DNA of 64,000 bases from Treponemataceae bacterium (lineage in GTDB: Bacteria > Spirochaetota > Spirochaetia > Treponematales > Rectinemataceae): NCBI GenBank assembly GCA_963678065.2, contig CAXXVZ010000005.1, forward strand, positions 1,120,001-1,184,000, written 5' to 3'. Positions within the stretch are counted from its first letter, which is position 1. Every line of letters begins with the position of its first letter. Of this stretch, positions 38,471-48,602 are shown piece after piece. Position numbers and translations under genes: made by a program. The notes below the pieces were generated by a model. The model was not told where the DNA came from and made no database searches. It saw nothing but the letters and a program-made list of their open reading frames with translations.

Positions 38471-38530
38471 GCCTAATGTATAGTTCAAGCTGACAACCCT
38501 ACGGGTTGCAGCTTAACTAGGTTATTAGGC
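38471..38530 (+). other. attC-like site (60 bp) with AAT/ATT core variant
   Basis: GCCTAAT-GTATA-GTTCAAGC-TGACAACCC-TAC-GGGTTGCA-GCTTAAC-TAGGTT-ATTAGGC, directly after the stop codon. Confidence 0.82.
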
Positions 38531-38559
38531 TAATCGAAGAACGTTAGCCGCCTTAGCCT

Positions 38560-38899
38560 TGTGCTGGGACGGCTTTTGTGCATCCGAGGCAAGAAAAAAT
38601 CCGAGTTATGCTGCGAGCCTGTTTCAGGGCGCGAATGGCAAAAAGAGCTGCCGCGGAGCATCGCGTCTTCGACGCGCAGCCCCGTGGCTAGGGGAAGACA
38701 CCCATCTGAATGCTTGACTCCATGCTTATGAATTTCGAGTATCGAGCCGAAGGGGAAGGCAGACCCGATTGCGCCTAATGCGTAGGGTGGCGAAGTCCGC
38801 GGAAGCGGATTTGGGGGAGCGCCACTCCACGCGCAGCGTGAGGTGGCACGACCCGCCAACCGAGAATTAGGCGCAGTCGGGCGACTGTGTTTGATGGTG
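38560..38899. repeat. Conserved structured non-coding region, copy D (inverted; 100-bp hairpin 38773-38872)
   Basis: Reverse complement aligns with 9010-9350. Confidence 0.85.
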
Positions 38900-38993
38900 T
38901 TAAGGGGTTTTGATAGTTTCCGCTGTGACGTAGACCCCGCAGCGTGAGTCACGAGCGGAGAGACCCTCTGCATGGGGGAATATGTACAGCACG

Positions 38994-39251
38994 CTATTTA
39001 TACGCGTCTTTGCGATCACGAACTCGAATTATTTCAATAACCAAACGCCGATCGACGATGTTGTAGACGACACAATACTCGCCGACAATGCGGTAGGTGT
39101 TTTCGGTATCAGTGAGCTTTCGGACGCCATTGGGACGCGGCTCCGAGGCCAAGCTTTCCACGGCGAGGATGATCTTCGAGATGATCGGCTTGGGAAGCTT
39201 TTTGAGCTTCCTGGCGGCCGACGACTTCCACTCGATGTTATACGAGGCCAC
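38994..39251 (-). CDS. RelE/ParE-family toxin, possibly degenerate
   Basis: YNIEWKSSAARKLKKL...PRPNGVRKL...YRIVGEYCVVY. Confidence 0.8.
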   Translation of the reverse strand: MASYNIEWKSSAARKLKKLPKPIISKIILAVESLASEPRPNGVRKLTDTENTYRIVGEYCVVYNIVDRRLVIEIIRVRDRKDAYK

Positions 39252-39435
39252 CGGCTTTGAGCCCCGCCAGCAAATCCGTGTGAGACACGGTCTCTTCGGC
39301 GCGGCGCTCGGCAACGGCCGCGAGGTCGGAGAGGTCCTCGAGGAGTTCGGTATAGGCATCGAGGGGAAGTATGACGGCGGTTTTCTGGCCCTTGGCGTCG
39401 GTGATGTATTGGGGATTGCTGATGGCAGCATCCAT
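39238..39435 (-). CDS. Antitoxin (RelB-like)
   Basis: QYITDAKGQKTAVILP...LLEDLSD; overlaps toxin start; RBS GGAGG. Confidence 0.8.
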   Translation of the reverse strand: MDAAISNPQYITDAKGQKTAVILPLDAYTELLEDLSDLAAVAERRAEETVSHTDLLAGLKAGGLV

Positions 39436-39507
39436 ATTGCCCTCCTATAAAACATCAATCCTACGATTGACTCCAGATCAATAGTTTTTGGCTCGGCAAT
39501 GCCGAGA

Positions 39508-40359
39508 TTACGTACTCAGTTCGGTGGCCGTAGTTCGCATGGATTTCGATACGCTCTCCAGCTTCCTGTCGGTCATTAATCCAACATTGAACTCTTCTCC
39601 CCTCGTCAACATGGACCACACAATCTTCGACAGCTTCCGTGCCGTCGCAATAATCGTTTTCCCTGTGCCCTTCATCCTCTTCATCGACTCATACCCTTCC
39701 ATCAGTCGCCACGATGGAGTTCTTCGACTTCGCCTCATCCCTATGACCACCTGCACAAGCGCAGTCCTCAATTCTTCCGATCCACGCTTCGTTATCCTTC
39801 CGTAGTGTTCCGTCTGATTCGAACACTGCACCCACGGCGCTAATCCAGCATACGATGCGTACTTCTTATAACTCGAAAATCGCCCTATCTCGTCCATATA
39901 CGCCCGGATCGCCCATGCCGTTATCGACCCACATCCAGGTATCGTCTCTAGAAGTTCAACCATCTTGTCATTCACCATGAGCTTCTCGATCTCAACCTCG
40001 ATCGTCTTGACGTTCTCCGTAAGCCGATCTATCGTCTCAAACAGCGGTTGGACTACGAGTCCGCTTCCCGCTCCTGCGAGGTGTCCAGTATCGTCTGGCG
40101 CCCTCACGAGGGTGCTCCGGACTTTCAATAGCCGCCTGAGCTGCTCGCTCGTTTCTGAACACAGGTTCGCTTCGGGCAGGATATCCTTCGACAAAAACTC
40201 TGCGATCGTCGCGGCGTCATGGGTATCCGTCTTCTTCACGGATTCAGTGATCACCTTGAACTTCATCGTGTTGATCACCACCACCGGATACCCCTTCATC
40301 TCCACTCGATGCTTGAAGTACCTCGTGTTCCCCGTCGATTCCCCTTGCGTTTGTCTCAT
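39508..40359 (-). pseudogene. IS110-family transposase remnant
   Basis: KKTDTHDA, IPGCG, YAGLAP..S, ITKRG; N-terminal and central segments missing. Confidence 0.85.
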
Positions 40360-40443
40360 ACAAACGTCTCATAGTGAAAATCGGGACACGTGCGCCGGTT
40401 GTCCGGTAGCAGTGTATTTTACTGTCTCATAAAGAATTAATTC

Positions 40444-40517
40444 TGGGCCCTGCTGGACTTGAACCAGCGACCGACGGATTATGAGTCCGCAGCTCTAACC
40501 AACTGAGCTAAGGGCCC
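40444..40517 (-). tRNA. tRNA-Ile2 (CAT anticodon, lysidine type)
   Basis: GGGCCCTTAGCTCAGTTGGTTAGAGC...CT-CAT-AA...GGTTCAAGTCC...GGGCCCA; body resembles ileX rather than Met tRNAs; no encoded CCA. Confidence 0.9.
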
Positions 40518-40641
40518 GAAAGGCGTTTCCATAAATACACAAGAGGTGGAAAAAGTCAACGGAGGCAGTGAATCCGGACGAGCCAAGTCCGGATCAGGGC
40601 CTGACCGCGGGCTCCCGCAGGCCCGCGGCCAATCAGCCGCA

Positions 40642-41130
40642 CTATTTCGCGGCGGCGAAAGCTTCTTTGTTCCTGATGATGTACTTTTCGTGAAAATCCG
40701 CATGCCCGCGATACAGCTCGACGACATCGGAAAGTTTCATGGGGCCCCTCTGCGGGTGGACGATTCCCGAGGCTTCCCACTCGGCATCGGAAAGATTCCG
40801 CAGGCTGCCCGCGATGAAGGCGCGGAGACCTTTGGCGATCTGGAGACATTTTTTGCCGTCATCGAGGCTGTATTTCAGTTTGCTGCGCCATGCTTCCTGG
40901 TCCCACACAGGGACAGTGATGCCGGATTCCGCCACGGCTCCACGGACCCGGAATACGAGATTGGAATCCGCGTCAAGAAGGTGGACAAGATGCTCATTGA
41001 TCGACCAGGCGCTATCCACGGCAGGAACAAAGGAAAGCTCGGCGTCAGAAATGTTAGAAACCAGGGCTTCGATTCGGAAATACGCATTCTCGAAAGCATC
41101 CACAAGGGACATTTTTTCGGCATAGGTCAT
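40642..41130 (-). CDS. DinB/YfiT-family protein
   Basis: WSINEHLVHLLDAD; H...H near C-terminus. Confidence 0.85.
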   Translation of the reverse strand: MTYAEKMSLVDAFENAYFRIEALVSNISDAELSFVPAVDSAWSINEHLVHLLDADSNLVFRVRGAVAESGITVPVWDQEAWRSKLKYSLDDGKKCLQIAKGLRAFIAGSLRNLSDAEWEASGIVHPQRGPMKLSDVVELYRGHADFHEKYIIRNKEAFAAAK

Positions 41131-41307
41131 GTGTTTCCTCCCGGAAGATATGTTGATCGTATAATAAAGCGCCCCGTCGGATTTGGATACCCTGGCGGGG
41201 CGCTCTCGTTGCCTATCGGAAAAGATCCTTTGAGCCGAAAGTCCGGTTTCGTTCCCTGCTGACTATCGGTCGGGAGCCTGGTTTCAGACTCCGCTTCGGG
41301 TTTCTCT

Positions 41308-42147
41308 TCAGGCTCCGACGGCCACCTTCTTCACGGCGCCTGTGATGTCGCTCTGGATCAGCTTGTAGCACTTTGCGGGACACTTCTCGATGCAGAGACC
41401 GCAGCTCGTGCACTTCGAATAGTCGGTGACGGGGATGCCGTTCACCATGCTTATGCACTTTTCCGGGCACTGCTTGACGCAGATCTCGCACTTGATGCAG
41501 CCGACGGAGCAGCTCTTCTTGACGTTGGGTTTGATCACGTTGCGGTTGGAGCAGAGGACGACAGAGCCCTTCCGATCGCGCGGAATCATGGTGAAGAGTT
41601 TCTGCGGGCACTCTTCGGCGCACATGCCGCACCCGGTGCAGTTGTCGTAGTTTACGTGAGGCAGGCCGTTCTCGCCCATGGAGAGAGCGTCGAACTTGCA
41701 CACGGCCACACAGTCGCCGAAGCCCTGGCAGCCCCAGGCGCAGTGCTTGACGCCGCCCGCAGAGAGCTTGGCGCCACGGCAAGTCTTGACGCCGACGTAT
41801 TCGCCCTTGTCGGGAGCCCTGTCTTTGCTGCCCTGACAGGTGAGAACCGAGACAACCGGAATCGATACGGCGCTGACGCCGACGATCTTCGCGATGGCTT
41901 CCGCAGCGCCGGAACCGCCGGGGGCGCACTTGTTGGGCGGAGCCTTGCCGGCGGCCACAGCCTCGGCGTAGCCGTCGCAGCCGGGATAGCCGCAGCCACC
42001 GCAGTTGACGCCGGGCAGGGCGGCGCGCACCTCGTCGATCTTGGGATCGCGAAGCACCTTGAACTTTTCCCCGAAGAAACCGAGCGACGTGCCGAGCACG
42101 AAGGCAAGGACGGCCGAGAAGACGAGGGTGATCAGAATGATGGTCAT
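41308..42147 (-). CDS. rnfB: Rnf complex subunit B
   Basis: LPGVNCGGCGYPGC and multiple 4Fe-4S motifs. Confidence 0.95.
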   Translation of the reverse strand: MTIILITLVFSAVLAFVLGTSLGFFGEKFKVLRDPKIDEVRAALPGVNCGGCGYPGCDGYAEAVAAGKAPPNKCAPGGSGAAEAIAKIVGVSAVSIPVVSVLTCQGSKDRAPDKGEYVGVKTCRGAKLSAGGVKHCAWGCQGFGDCVAVCKFDALSMGENGLPHVNYDNCTGCGMCAEECPQKLFTMIPRDRKGSVVLCSNRNVIKPNVKKSCSVGCIKCEICVKQCPEKCISMVNGIPVTDYSKCTSCGLCIEKCPAKCYKLIQSDITGAVKKVAVGA

Positions 42148-42162
42148 GGTCTTTTCCTTACC

Positions 42163-42738
42163 TTATTTCATCAGGCCCGAGAAGCCCATGAAGGCCATGG
42201 CGATGAGGCTCGTCGTGGCGAACAGGATCGGCGTTCCCTGAAGGAACTTCGGAATGGGGCTCGTCTTGATGCGCTCGCGGATGCCGGCTAGGAGGACCAT
42301 CGCGAGGAGGTACCCGATGGAGACGGCGATCGCGTACACGATCGACTCGATGAAGGTGAACTTGTTGGAGATGTTCTCGAAGGTGACCGCGAGGATGGCA
42401 CAGTTGGTCGTGATGAGGGGGAGATAGATGCCCATCGCCGCGTAGAGACCCGGAACGTTCTTCTTAAGGTAGAACTCGACGAGTTGGACCAGGGAGGCGA
42501 TGACGAGGATGAAGACAAGGATCTGCAGGAACCCAAGGTTGAGGGGCACGAGGATGAAGTGGTAGATGGGCCAGGTCGCCGCGGTCGCGAGGACGGTCAC
42601 GAAGGTGACCGCAAAGCCCATACCTACGGACTGGCCGACATCGCTCGTCATTCCGATGTAAGAACACAGGGCGATGAAGCGCATGAGGACGATATTGTTT
42701 ATCAGAAGGGCGATTATGAAAATTCTGATGAGGTTCAT
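42163..42738 (-). CDS. rnfA: Rnf subunit A
   Basis: NNIVL, GIYLPLITTNCAIL. Confidence 0.95.
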   Translation of the reverse strand: MNLIRIFIIALLINNIVLMRFIALCSYIGMTSDVGQSVGMGFAVTFVTVLATAATWPIYHFILVPLNLGFLQILVFILVIASLVQLVEFYLKKNVPGLYAAMGIYLPLITTNCAILAVTFENISNKFTFIESIVYAIAVSIGYLLAMVLLAGIRERIKTSPIPKFLQGTPILFATTSLIAMAFMGFSGLMK

Positions 42739-43370
42739 GCCGCTTTCTCCTTGGATACGGCCGTGGCGGCCGGTTTGGCCGTGACGCCCTTCAGCCAAAG
42801 GTTAAACGAAATGAAAAGGGCGAAGACGAGGAATCCGCCGGGCGGAAGGATGAAAAAAAGGATGGGCTGGAAAGATTCAGGCATGATCTGTATGCCTGCG
42901 ACCGTTCCGTTGCCGAGAAGTTCCCGGATGGCGGCTATGCCCATGAGGACCCACGTATAACCGAGACCCATTCCGAAAGAATCAAATATCGCCGGCAGGA
43001 CTTTCTCCTTGGAAGCGAAGGCCTCGACGCGGCCCATGATGATGCAGTTGACGACGATGAGAGGGATGAAGACGCCCATGCTCTTGGAGAGTTCCGGGAA
43101 ATAGGCCTTCATGACGAAATCCACCATCGTGGTGAATGCGGCGATGATGATGATGAAGATGGGCATCCGGGCCTGGTTCGGAATCACCTTCCGGAAAAGG
43201 GAGATGAAAATCTCCGAAAAAAGGAGCACGAAGGTCATCGCGAGGCCCATTCCGATACCGTTCGAGACGTTCGTCGTGACGGCGAGGGCGGAACAGAGGC
43301 CGATCATCAGCATGAGCAGGGGATTTTCCGAAACCAGCCCCGCCATGAATATTTTCAAGAGTCGCTTCAT
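42735..43370 (-). CDS. rnfE: Rnf subunit E
   Basis: ENP...GLCSALAVT, FIPLIVVNCIIMGR. Confidence 0.95.
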   Translation of the reverse strand: MKRLLKIFMAGLVSENPLLMLMIGLCSALAVTTNVSNGIGMGLAMTFVLLFSEIFISLFRKVIPNQARMPIFIIIIAAFTTMVDFVMKAYFPELSKSMGVFIPLIVVNCIIMGRVEAFASKEKVLPAIFDSFGMGLGYTWVLMGIAAIRELLGNGTVAGIQIMPESFQPILFFILPPGGFLVFALFISFNLWLKGVTAKPAATAVSKEKAA

Positions 43371-43371
43371 T

Positions 43372-44049
43372 TCATTTTCCTCCCGCGGGTTTGGCTATCG
43401 TCGGAGTACCGGATGCCGTGCCGGCAGCCTGCGCGCCTGCAGCCAGACCGCCGGAAGCCGCCAAGGCCGTGTCGAGCCAAGCGGCGGCAGCGTCGCCGGC
43501 TGTCTTGACGAGCTTGGTGAGCGCCTTGCTGGTTATCGTCGACGCGGTGATCGCAACGACGTCCTTCTTGACCTCGAAGGGGTCGGAGAGCGCCTTTCCG
43601 GTGAACTGTCCGGGGAAGGTTTTCTTGGCCGATTTGTCGACGAAGTAGCTTGGGTTGACGGCGTTGGCGCCGAGCCCTGGCGTGTCCTTGGTATCGAGGA
43701 TGCGGGCCCCGGAGAGCGTCTTGTCCGCCTTGATGCCGACGAGGACGGAGGCGTCGCCGCCATAGCTGGGCCCGCGGGCTTTCACCGCCGCGCCGATCAC
43801 GGTGCCCGCCTTCTTGACGGAGTAGGCCGCGTCGAACTTGATGTTCGGGTCAGGCGAGGTCATGGAAGCGGTGATGTCCTCGAAGGTTTCGGCGTCGGGG
43901 AAGAGCCCTTTGAGGGAGTCCTGGAGCTGAAGGGCGGCCTGAGCGTCGATCTTCTCCGATGTCACCGAATAGACGACGGCGAGCGCAACGCAGGCCGCCG
44001 CCGCGAAAATGGCCAGGATGAGGCCGAGTCGTACAATACCTTTCATCAT
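43372..44049 (-). CDS. rnfG: Rnf subunit G
   Basis: DTPGLG, ITASTITS FMN-binding motif. Confidence 0.92.
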   Translation of the reverse strand: MMKGIVRLGLILAIFAAAACVALAVVYSVTSEKIDAQAALQLQDSLKGLFPDAETFEDITASMTSPDPNIKFDAAYSVKKAGTVIGAAVKARGPSYGGDASVLVGIKADKTLSGARILDTKDTPGLGANAVNPSYFVDKSAKKTFPGQFTGKALSDPFEVKKDVVAITASTITSKALTKLVKTAGDAAAAWLDTALAASGGLAAGAQAAGTASGTPTIAKPAGGK

Positions 44050-45065
44050 TTGACGGCCTCCGCGGCGGCCTTCGCTGCCGGTTTTTGGGGAGCCGGCGGA
44101 ACGAACCCGTATTTCCTGACGCGCATCTTGTTGAGGAAGGGGACTACCATGTTCATGATGAGGATGGCGTAGGTCACTCCCTCGGGGAAGGCGCCGAACT
44201 TGCGGATCACGGCGATAAGCAGCCCGATCGCGATACCGAAGATAAGTTTTCCCTGCGGTGTCATCGGGCTCGAGGAATAGTCGGTGGCCATGAAGAAAGC
44301 GCCGAAGACCACACCGCCTGTCAGAACGGAGAAGAGCGGGTCCATGCCGAGGAGGAAAGAAAAAAGCGCGGTCGACAGGATGACGCTGACAGGGATGATG
44401 AACTGGATGACGCCGATCGCGATCAGGAAGAGCCCACCGATCAGGATGAGGAGGATGGAACTCTCACCCAGGGATCCCGAGCGGTTGCCGAGGAAGAGCT
44501 GCCAGTACATGGCGCCCACGTCCTTGGCTCCGAGTCCTGCGGCGACATCGGCGATGCTCGCTCCCTGTTTTACCAGGTTGAGGGGGGTCGCCATGGTCAC
44601 CGCGTCGGTGACGACGGCGAGGGACTGTGGCCGCATCCAGGTGGTGACCGCCGCCGGGAAGCTCATGAGCATGAAGGCGCGTCCGGAGAGGGCGGGGTTG
44701 AAGGGATTGGCCCCGATTCCGCCGAAGAACTCCTTCGCGACGACGATTGCGAAGATTGCGCCCAAAGCTCCCATCCAGAGCGGAGTCGTCGGAGGAAGCA
44801 CGAGGGCGAGAAGAAGTCCGGTCACCACCGCGGAGAGGTCGGAAACCGTCGTAGTGGCCTTGACGGCCTTGCGGAACACGAACTCAGCGGCAACGGCGGA
44901 AGCCACGCAGACGAGCACGAGGCCGAGGGCTGAAAGGCCATAGAGGTATATTCCATATCCCGTGGCAGGTACGAGGGCGATGACGACCGAGAGCATGATA
45001 CGGTTGGTCGCGATCGGCGAGAACGCGTGAGGGCTGGAGGAGAGGAGCATGCCTTTACCGGGCAT
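44046..45065 (-). CDS. rnfD: Rnf subunit D
   Basis: SSPH, FGGIGANPFNPA, TMATPL, FMATDY. Confidence 0.95.
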   Translation of the reverse strand: MPGKGMLLSSSPHAFSPIATNRIMLSVVIALVPATGYGIYLYGLSALGLVLVCVASAVAAEFVFRKAVKATTTVSDLSAVVTGLLLALVLPPTTPLWMGALGAIFAIVVAKEFFGGIGANPFNPALSGRAFMLMSFPAAVTTWMRPQSLAVVTDAVTMATPLNLVKQGASIADVAAGLGAKDVGAMYWQLFLGNRSGSLGESSILLILIGGLFLIAIGVIQFIIPVSVILSTALFSFLLGMDPLFSVLTGGVVFGAFFMATDYSSSPMTPQGKLIFGIAIGLLIAVIRKFGAFPEGVTYAILIMNMVVPFLNKMRVRKYGFVPPAPQKPAAKAAAEAVK

Positions 45066-46410
45066 TCTGGGCCTCCTTTTGTTTGATTGTCCTGAGGATC
45101 TGCTTGCCGACGCGGAAGCGCTGGACGAGTTGGCGGTGTGCGGGACAGACGAAGGAGCAGGTGCCACACTCGATGCAGTCGAGCAGTCCGATCTTCTCGG
45201 CTTCGGCATAGTTGCCGGACTCGATCGCTACGGCGAGGAGGGCGGGCGAGAGGCGGCAGGCGCAGGCGCGCATACAGCGACCGCAGCGGATGCAGGGCTG
45301 TTCCTCGTAGTAGGCGCCCTCGGCGGCGTTCATGAACAAGACGCCGGAGGTGTTCTTCTGCACGGGAATCGCGTGGGTGGAGACGGCGACGCCCATCATG
45401 GGACCGCCGAAGATGATGCGGCGCACGGCATCCTCGCCGATCTTGACGACGCCGGAGGCCACGATGTCGGAGACGAGAGTTCCGATGGGTGCGACGACGT
45501 TTTTAGGCTCGGTGCAGGCGCCGCCGGAGATGGTGAGTCCGCGCTCGATGAGGGGCTTTCCGTCCCTGAACGCGTCGACGAGGGCGCAGAGGGTCCCGAT
45601 GTTCTGGACGACGCAGCCGACGTCCATGGGGAGGCCGCCGGAGGGGACTTCGCGGCCGGTCAGGGCCGTGATAAGCATCTTTTCTCCGCCCTGGGGGTAT
45701 TTGGTCTTGAGAAGCCGGACTTTGATGTCCAAGCCGCGCCTACTCTCAGAGACCGCCTTCTCGAGGAGGGGGATGGCGTGGAGCTTGTTCTCCTCGATGG
45801 CGATGATGCCTTTGGGCGCGCCAACGATTTTCATCGTGATCGCGACGCCTTCGACGACATCGGCGGGCCGCTCCATGAGAGTCCGTTCATCGATGGTGAG
45901 GTAGGGCTCGCACTCGGCGCCGTTGGCGATGACGGTGCTGATGGGCTTGGGAGGTGCCAGCTTGACGGCCGCGGGGAATCCCGCGCCGCCCATGCCGACA
46001 ATGCCGGCGGCCCTGACGCGGGCGAGAGCCACTTCCTTCGTGCAGGAAAAGGCGTCAAGGGCAGGCATGAAGTCGATGGCATCGGCGCCTTCGGCATCGG
46101 CGGGAAGCCGCTCGATGACGATGCAGGTGCCGTCGATATTGTTGCTCTGGATTCTCGGCTCGATCTTTTTGACCACGCCCGCGATGGAGGCATGGACGGG
46201 AACCGTCATTCGCCCCTCGGCGTCGGCGATTTTCTGGCCGCGCTTGACAATGTCGCCAACCTTGACGAGTGGCTGGAGAGGGGCGCCGAAATGCTGGTTG
46301 ACGGGGATTACGACCTGCTGGATGTCCTGAATGTACTCTACCGGCAGACTACTTGTACGGTCCTTGTGCTCGGGCGGATGTGCGCCGCCCCTGAACGTCT
46401 TTGCTGGCAT
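45055..46410 (-). CDS. rnfC: Rnf subunit C
   Basis: GIVGMGGAGFP, NGAECEPYL, two 4Fe-4S motifs. Confidence 0.95.
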   Translation of the reverse strand: MPAKTFRGGAHPPEHKDRTSSLPVEYIQDIQQVVIPVNQHFGAPLQPLVKVGDIVKRGQKIADAEGRMTVPVHASIAGVVKKIEPRIQSNNIDGTCIVIERLPADAEGADAIDFMPALDAFSCTKEVALARVRAAGIVGMGGAGFPAAVKLAPPKPISTVIANGAECEPYLTIDERTLMERPADVVEGVAITMKIVGAPKGIIAIEENKLHAIPLLEKAVSESRRGLDIKVRLLKTKYPQGGEKMLITALTGREVPSGGLPMDVGCVVQNIGTLCALVDAFRDGKPLIERGLTISGGACTEPKNVVAPIGTLVSDIVASGVVKIGEDAVRRIIFGGPMMGVAVSTHAIPVQKNTSGVLFMNAAEGAYYEEQPCIRCGRCMRACACRLSPALLAVAIESGNYAEAEKIGLLDCIECGTCSFVCPAHRQLVQRFRVGKQILRTIKQKEAQNAR

Positions 46411-46582
46411 GGCGAAAAGGGTCTCCTTTGCCTCAGGTGAACAGTATTCCGGGATCATAGCATGATCCGGAGTCCTGGCGCATACGTGAAGTGATGTGGA
46501 ATCGACACATCCTAGCCGCTTTTCAAACACCGGTCAAGGAAAAAGAAAAATAAATCTATATCCTGTAATTAAATCGATATTT

Positions 46583-47692
46583 CTATATCCATTTCTTTTT
46601 CCTGAAATAGAACAATTCCCCGACCGCGACGAGGGCCATGGCTCCGAGAATGACCGGATATCCCCATGTTTTTTCCAGCTCAGGCATGAATTTGAAGTTC
46701 ATTCCATAAACGCCGGCAATAAACGTGAGGGGGATGAATATCGTCGAGATGATCGTCAGGACCTTCATGACCTCGCCCATGCGGTTGTTCACGGAAGAAA
46801 GATAGATATCGACGAGGCCAGCCGTGTATTCGCGGTAGGTTTCGAGAGCTTCTATGCTCTGCACCGTGTTTTCGTGGAGATCGCGCAGATACGGGGAGAG
46901 CTCGGCTCCGATCTGTTCCGTGTCGAGCCGCATCAGAGTGCTCACCATGTCCCGGACAGGCCAGACGGTCCTGCGCATACGGAGAAATTCGGCCTTTATT
47001 TCCTGGAGCCCGACCATGAACTGTCGGGATTCGGCGGCCTCCGTAGCCATGGTCTCGTATGTTTCGAGCCGGTCTCCGAGGTTCTCGAGCACGACAAAGT
47101 AATTGTCGACGATGAGGTCGAGAAGCGCGTACATGAGATAATCGGCGCCTTTCTGTCGGAGGCGTCCGAGACCCGAAACGATGCGGTCGCGCACCTGTTT
47201 GAAGCAGTCACCCGGTCTTTCCTGAATGGTGACGACCGTGTTCCCTTTCAGGATAAAGCTGACCTGCTCGTAGTCGATCTCCCCGGCATCCTGGAGGGTC
47301 AGCATCTTGATGATTATGAAAACATGATCGGAAAATGTCTCGATCTTGGGGCGGTGTTTTGTGTTGAGAATGTCTTCGATGACAAGGGGATGGATGCCGA
47401 GGTACCCGCAGATGGACTCGACCGCTCCGCCGGAAAGTCCGTTGATGTTGATCCAGTTGATCCTGTCCGCGCTGAGCAAGTCTATGAGAATGGGGGCAGC
47501 CACGGGGCACTCCATGCGCCAGGACTGCTGATCGTACGAATAGAGAGAAAGAGTCGCTCTCGTGGGTTCGGTATCCCCGATATAGACGGCGGAGCCCGGA
47601 GGCAGTCCGGCCGTTTCGTCGGAAACGCCAACGAAGGGGACGACGCGATTCCGTTTGGGCAGGGCTGCGTGCTGTCTTTTCTTGCGCCTCAT
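46583..47692 (-). CDS. corA: Mg/Co transporter CorA
   Basis: YGMNF..MPEL. Confidence 0.95.
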   Translation of the reverse strand: MRRKKRQHAALPKRNRVVPFVGVSDETAGLPPGSAVYIGDTEPTRATLSLYSYDQQSWRMECPVAAPILIDLLSADRINWININGLSGGAVESICGYLGIHPLVIEDILNTKHRPKIETFSDHVFIIIKMLTLQDAGEIDYEQVSFILKGNTVVTIQERPGDCFKQVRDRIVSGLGRLRQKGADYLMYALLDLIVDNYFVVLENLGDRLETYETMATEAAESRQFMVGLQEIKAEFLRMRRTVWPVRDMVSTLMRLDTEQIGAELSPYLRDLHENTVQSIEALETYREYTAGLVDIYLSSVNNRMGEVMKVLTIISTIFIPLTFIAGVYGMNFKFMPELEKTWGYPVILGAMALVAVGELFYFRKKKWI

Positions 47693-47853
47693 GGACACCT
47701 CCCGCGTCGCTGCCCGACACTGAGCATCGATGGAGGGATTGTACAGGCTGCACTACAAAAAAGAAACCTTCCCGCCGGATTGCGCCGGGGAAAGGTTTCT
47801 TTCAGGAATCGGTGTCCAGAAGCCGACATTCGCGGCGTGCCTGGACACGTGCT

Positions 47854-48573
47854 CTAGACGCGGCCCCGGAACATGACGCGGACCTGCTTGTAGAGTCCCT
47901 CGCCCTCGCTCTTTGTCTCGATATCGACGATATCGTTGAGCGTCGTGTGGATGATGCGCCTCTCGAAGGGGTTCATGGGTTCGAGGAGCACCGAACGGCT
48001 CGTGCGGCGGACCTGTTCGGCCGACTCGTAGGCGATGCGGACAAGGGCCTCCTCGCGGCGGATGCGGTAGTTTTCGGAATCCAGGATGATCCGCATGTCC
48101 TCGCGGCCGAGGCGGCCCACGTAGACATTGGCCAGAAGCTGGAGAGCGTCGAGGTTCTTGCCCTTCTTGCCGATGATGATCGACGCGTGCTCGCTCTCGA
48201 TCCGGATCCCGAGTTTCTTCTCTTCCCGGAAAAGTACGGCGACCTGGCAATCATAGCCCATTCCCAGAATGATCTTGCGGGTGAACTCGAGAATCTTTTC
48301 CTCGAACTCGTCGGCCGGCATAGGATCGGCGACGGGCGCCCTCGGCCTTTCCGGAACTTCACGCGAGCCCTGCCAGTCATCCGCGGATTTCACGGCGGCG
48401 GGAGCGGGGACGTCCTGGGTATGGACGCGGATTTTTACCCGTCCTTTCTTGAAAATGCCGCCTGCCTGGGATTCGAGGATTTCGACATCGAAGCCATCCC
48501 GCTCAAGGCCGAGCTGTTCAGCCGCCGCATCGATGGCTTCCTTCTCGGTCCTCCCTTCAAACTCGTACATCAT
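47854..48573 (-). CDS. jag: Jag/EloR (KhpB) RNA-binding protein
   Basis: Jag_N, KH (IIGKKG) and R3H (RRIIH) domains. Confidence 0.95.
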   Translation of the reverse strand: MMYEFEGRTEKEAIDAAAEQLGLERDGFDVEILESQAGGIFKKGRVKIRVHTQDVPAPAAVKSADDWQGSREVPERPRAPVADPMPADEFEEKILEFTRKIILGMGYDCQVAVLFREEKKLGIRIESEHASIIIGKKGKNLDALQLLANVYVGRLGREDMRIILDSENYRIRREEALVRIAYESAEQVRRTSRSVLLEPMNPFERRIIHTTLNDIVDIETKSEGEGLYKQVRVMFRGRV

Positions 48574-48602
48574 ATGATTTTTCTCCTAACTAGAGAGGGT
48601 TT

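Noticed and set aside
38920..38960. Hairpin CCGCTGTGAC...GTCACGAGCGG with one bulge as another attC
   Set aside because: No flanking R boxes at the proper spacing
40444..40517. tRNA-Met
   Set aside because: CAT anticodon, but no initiator features and the body resembles Ile2; tRNAscan-SE isotype models would settle it
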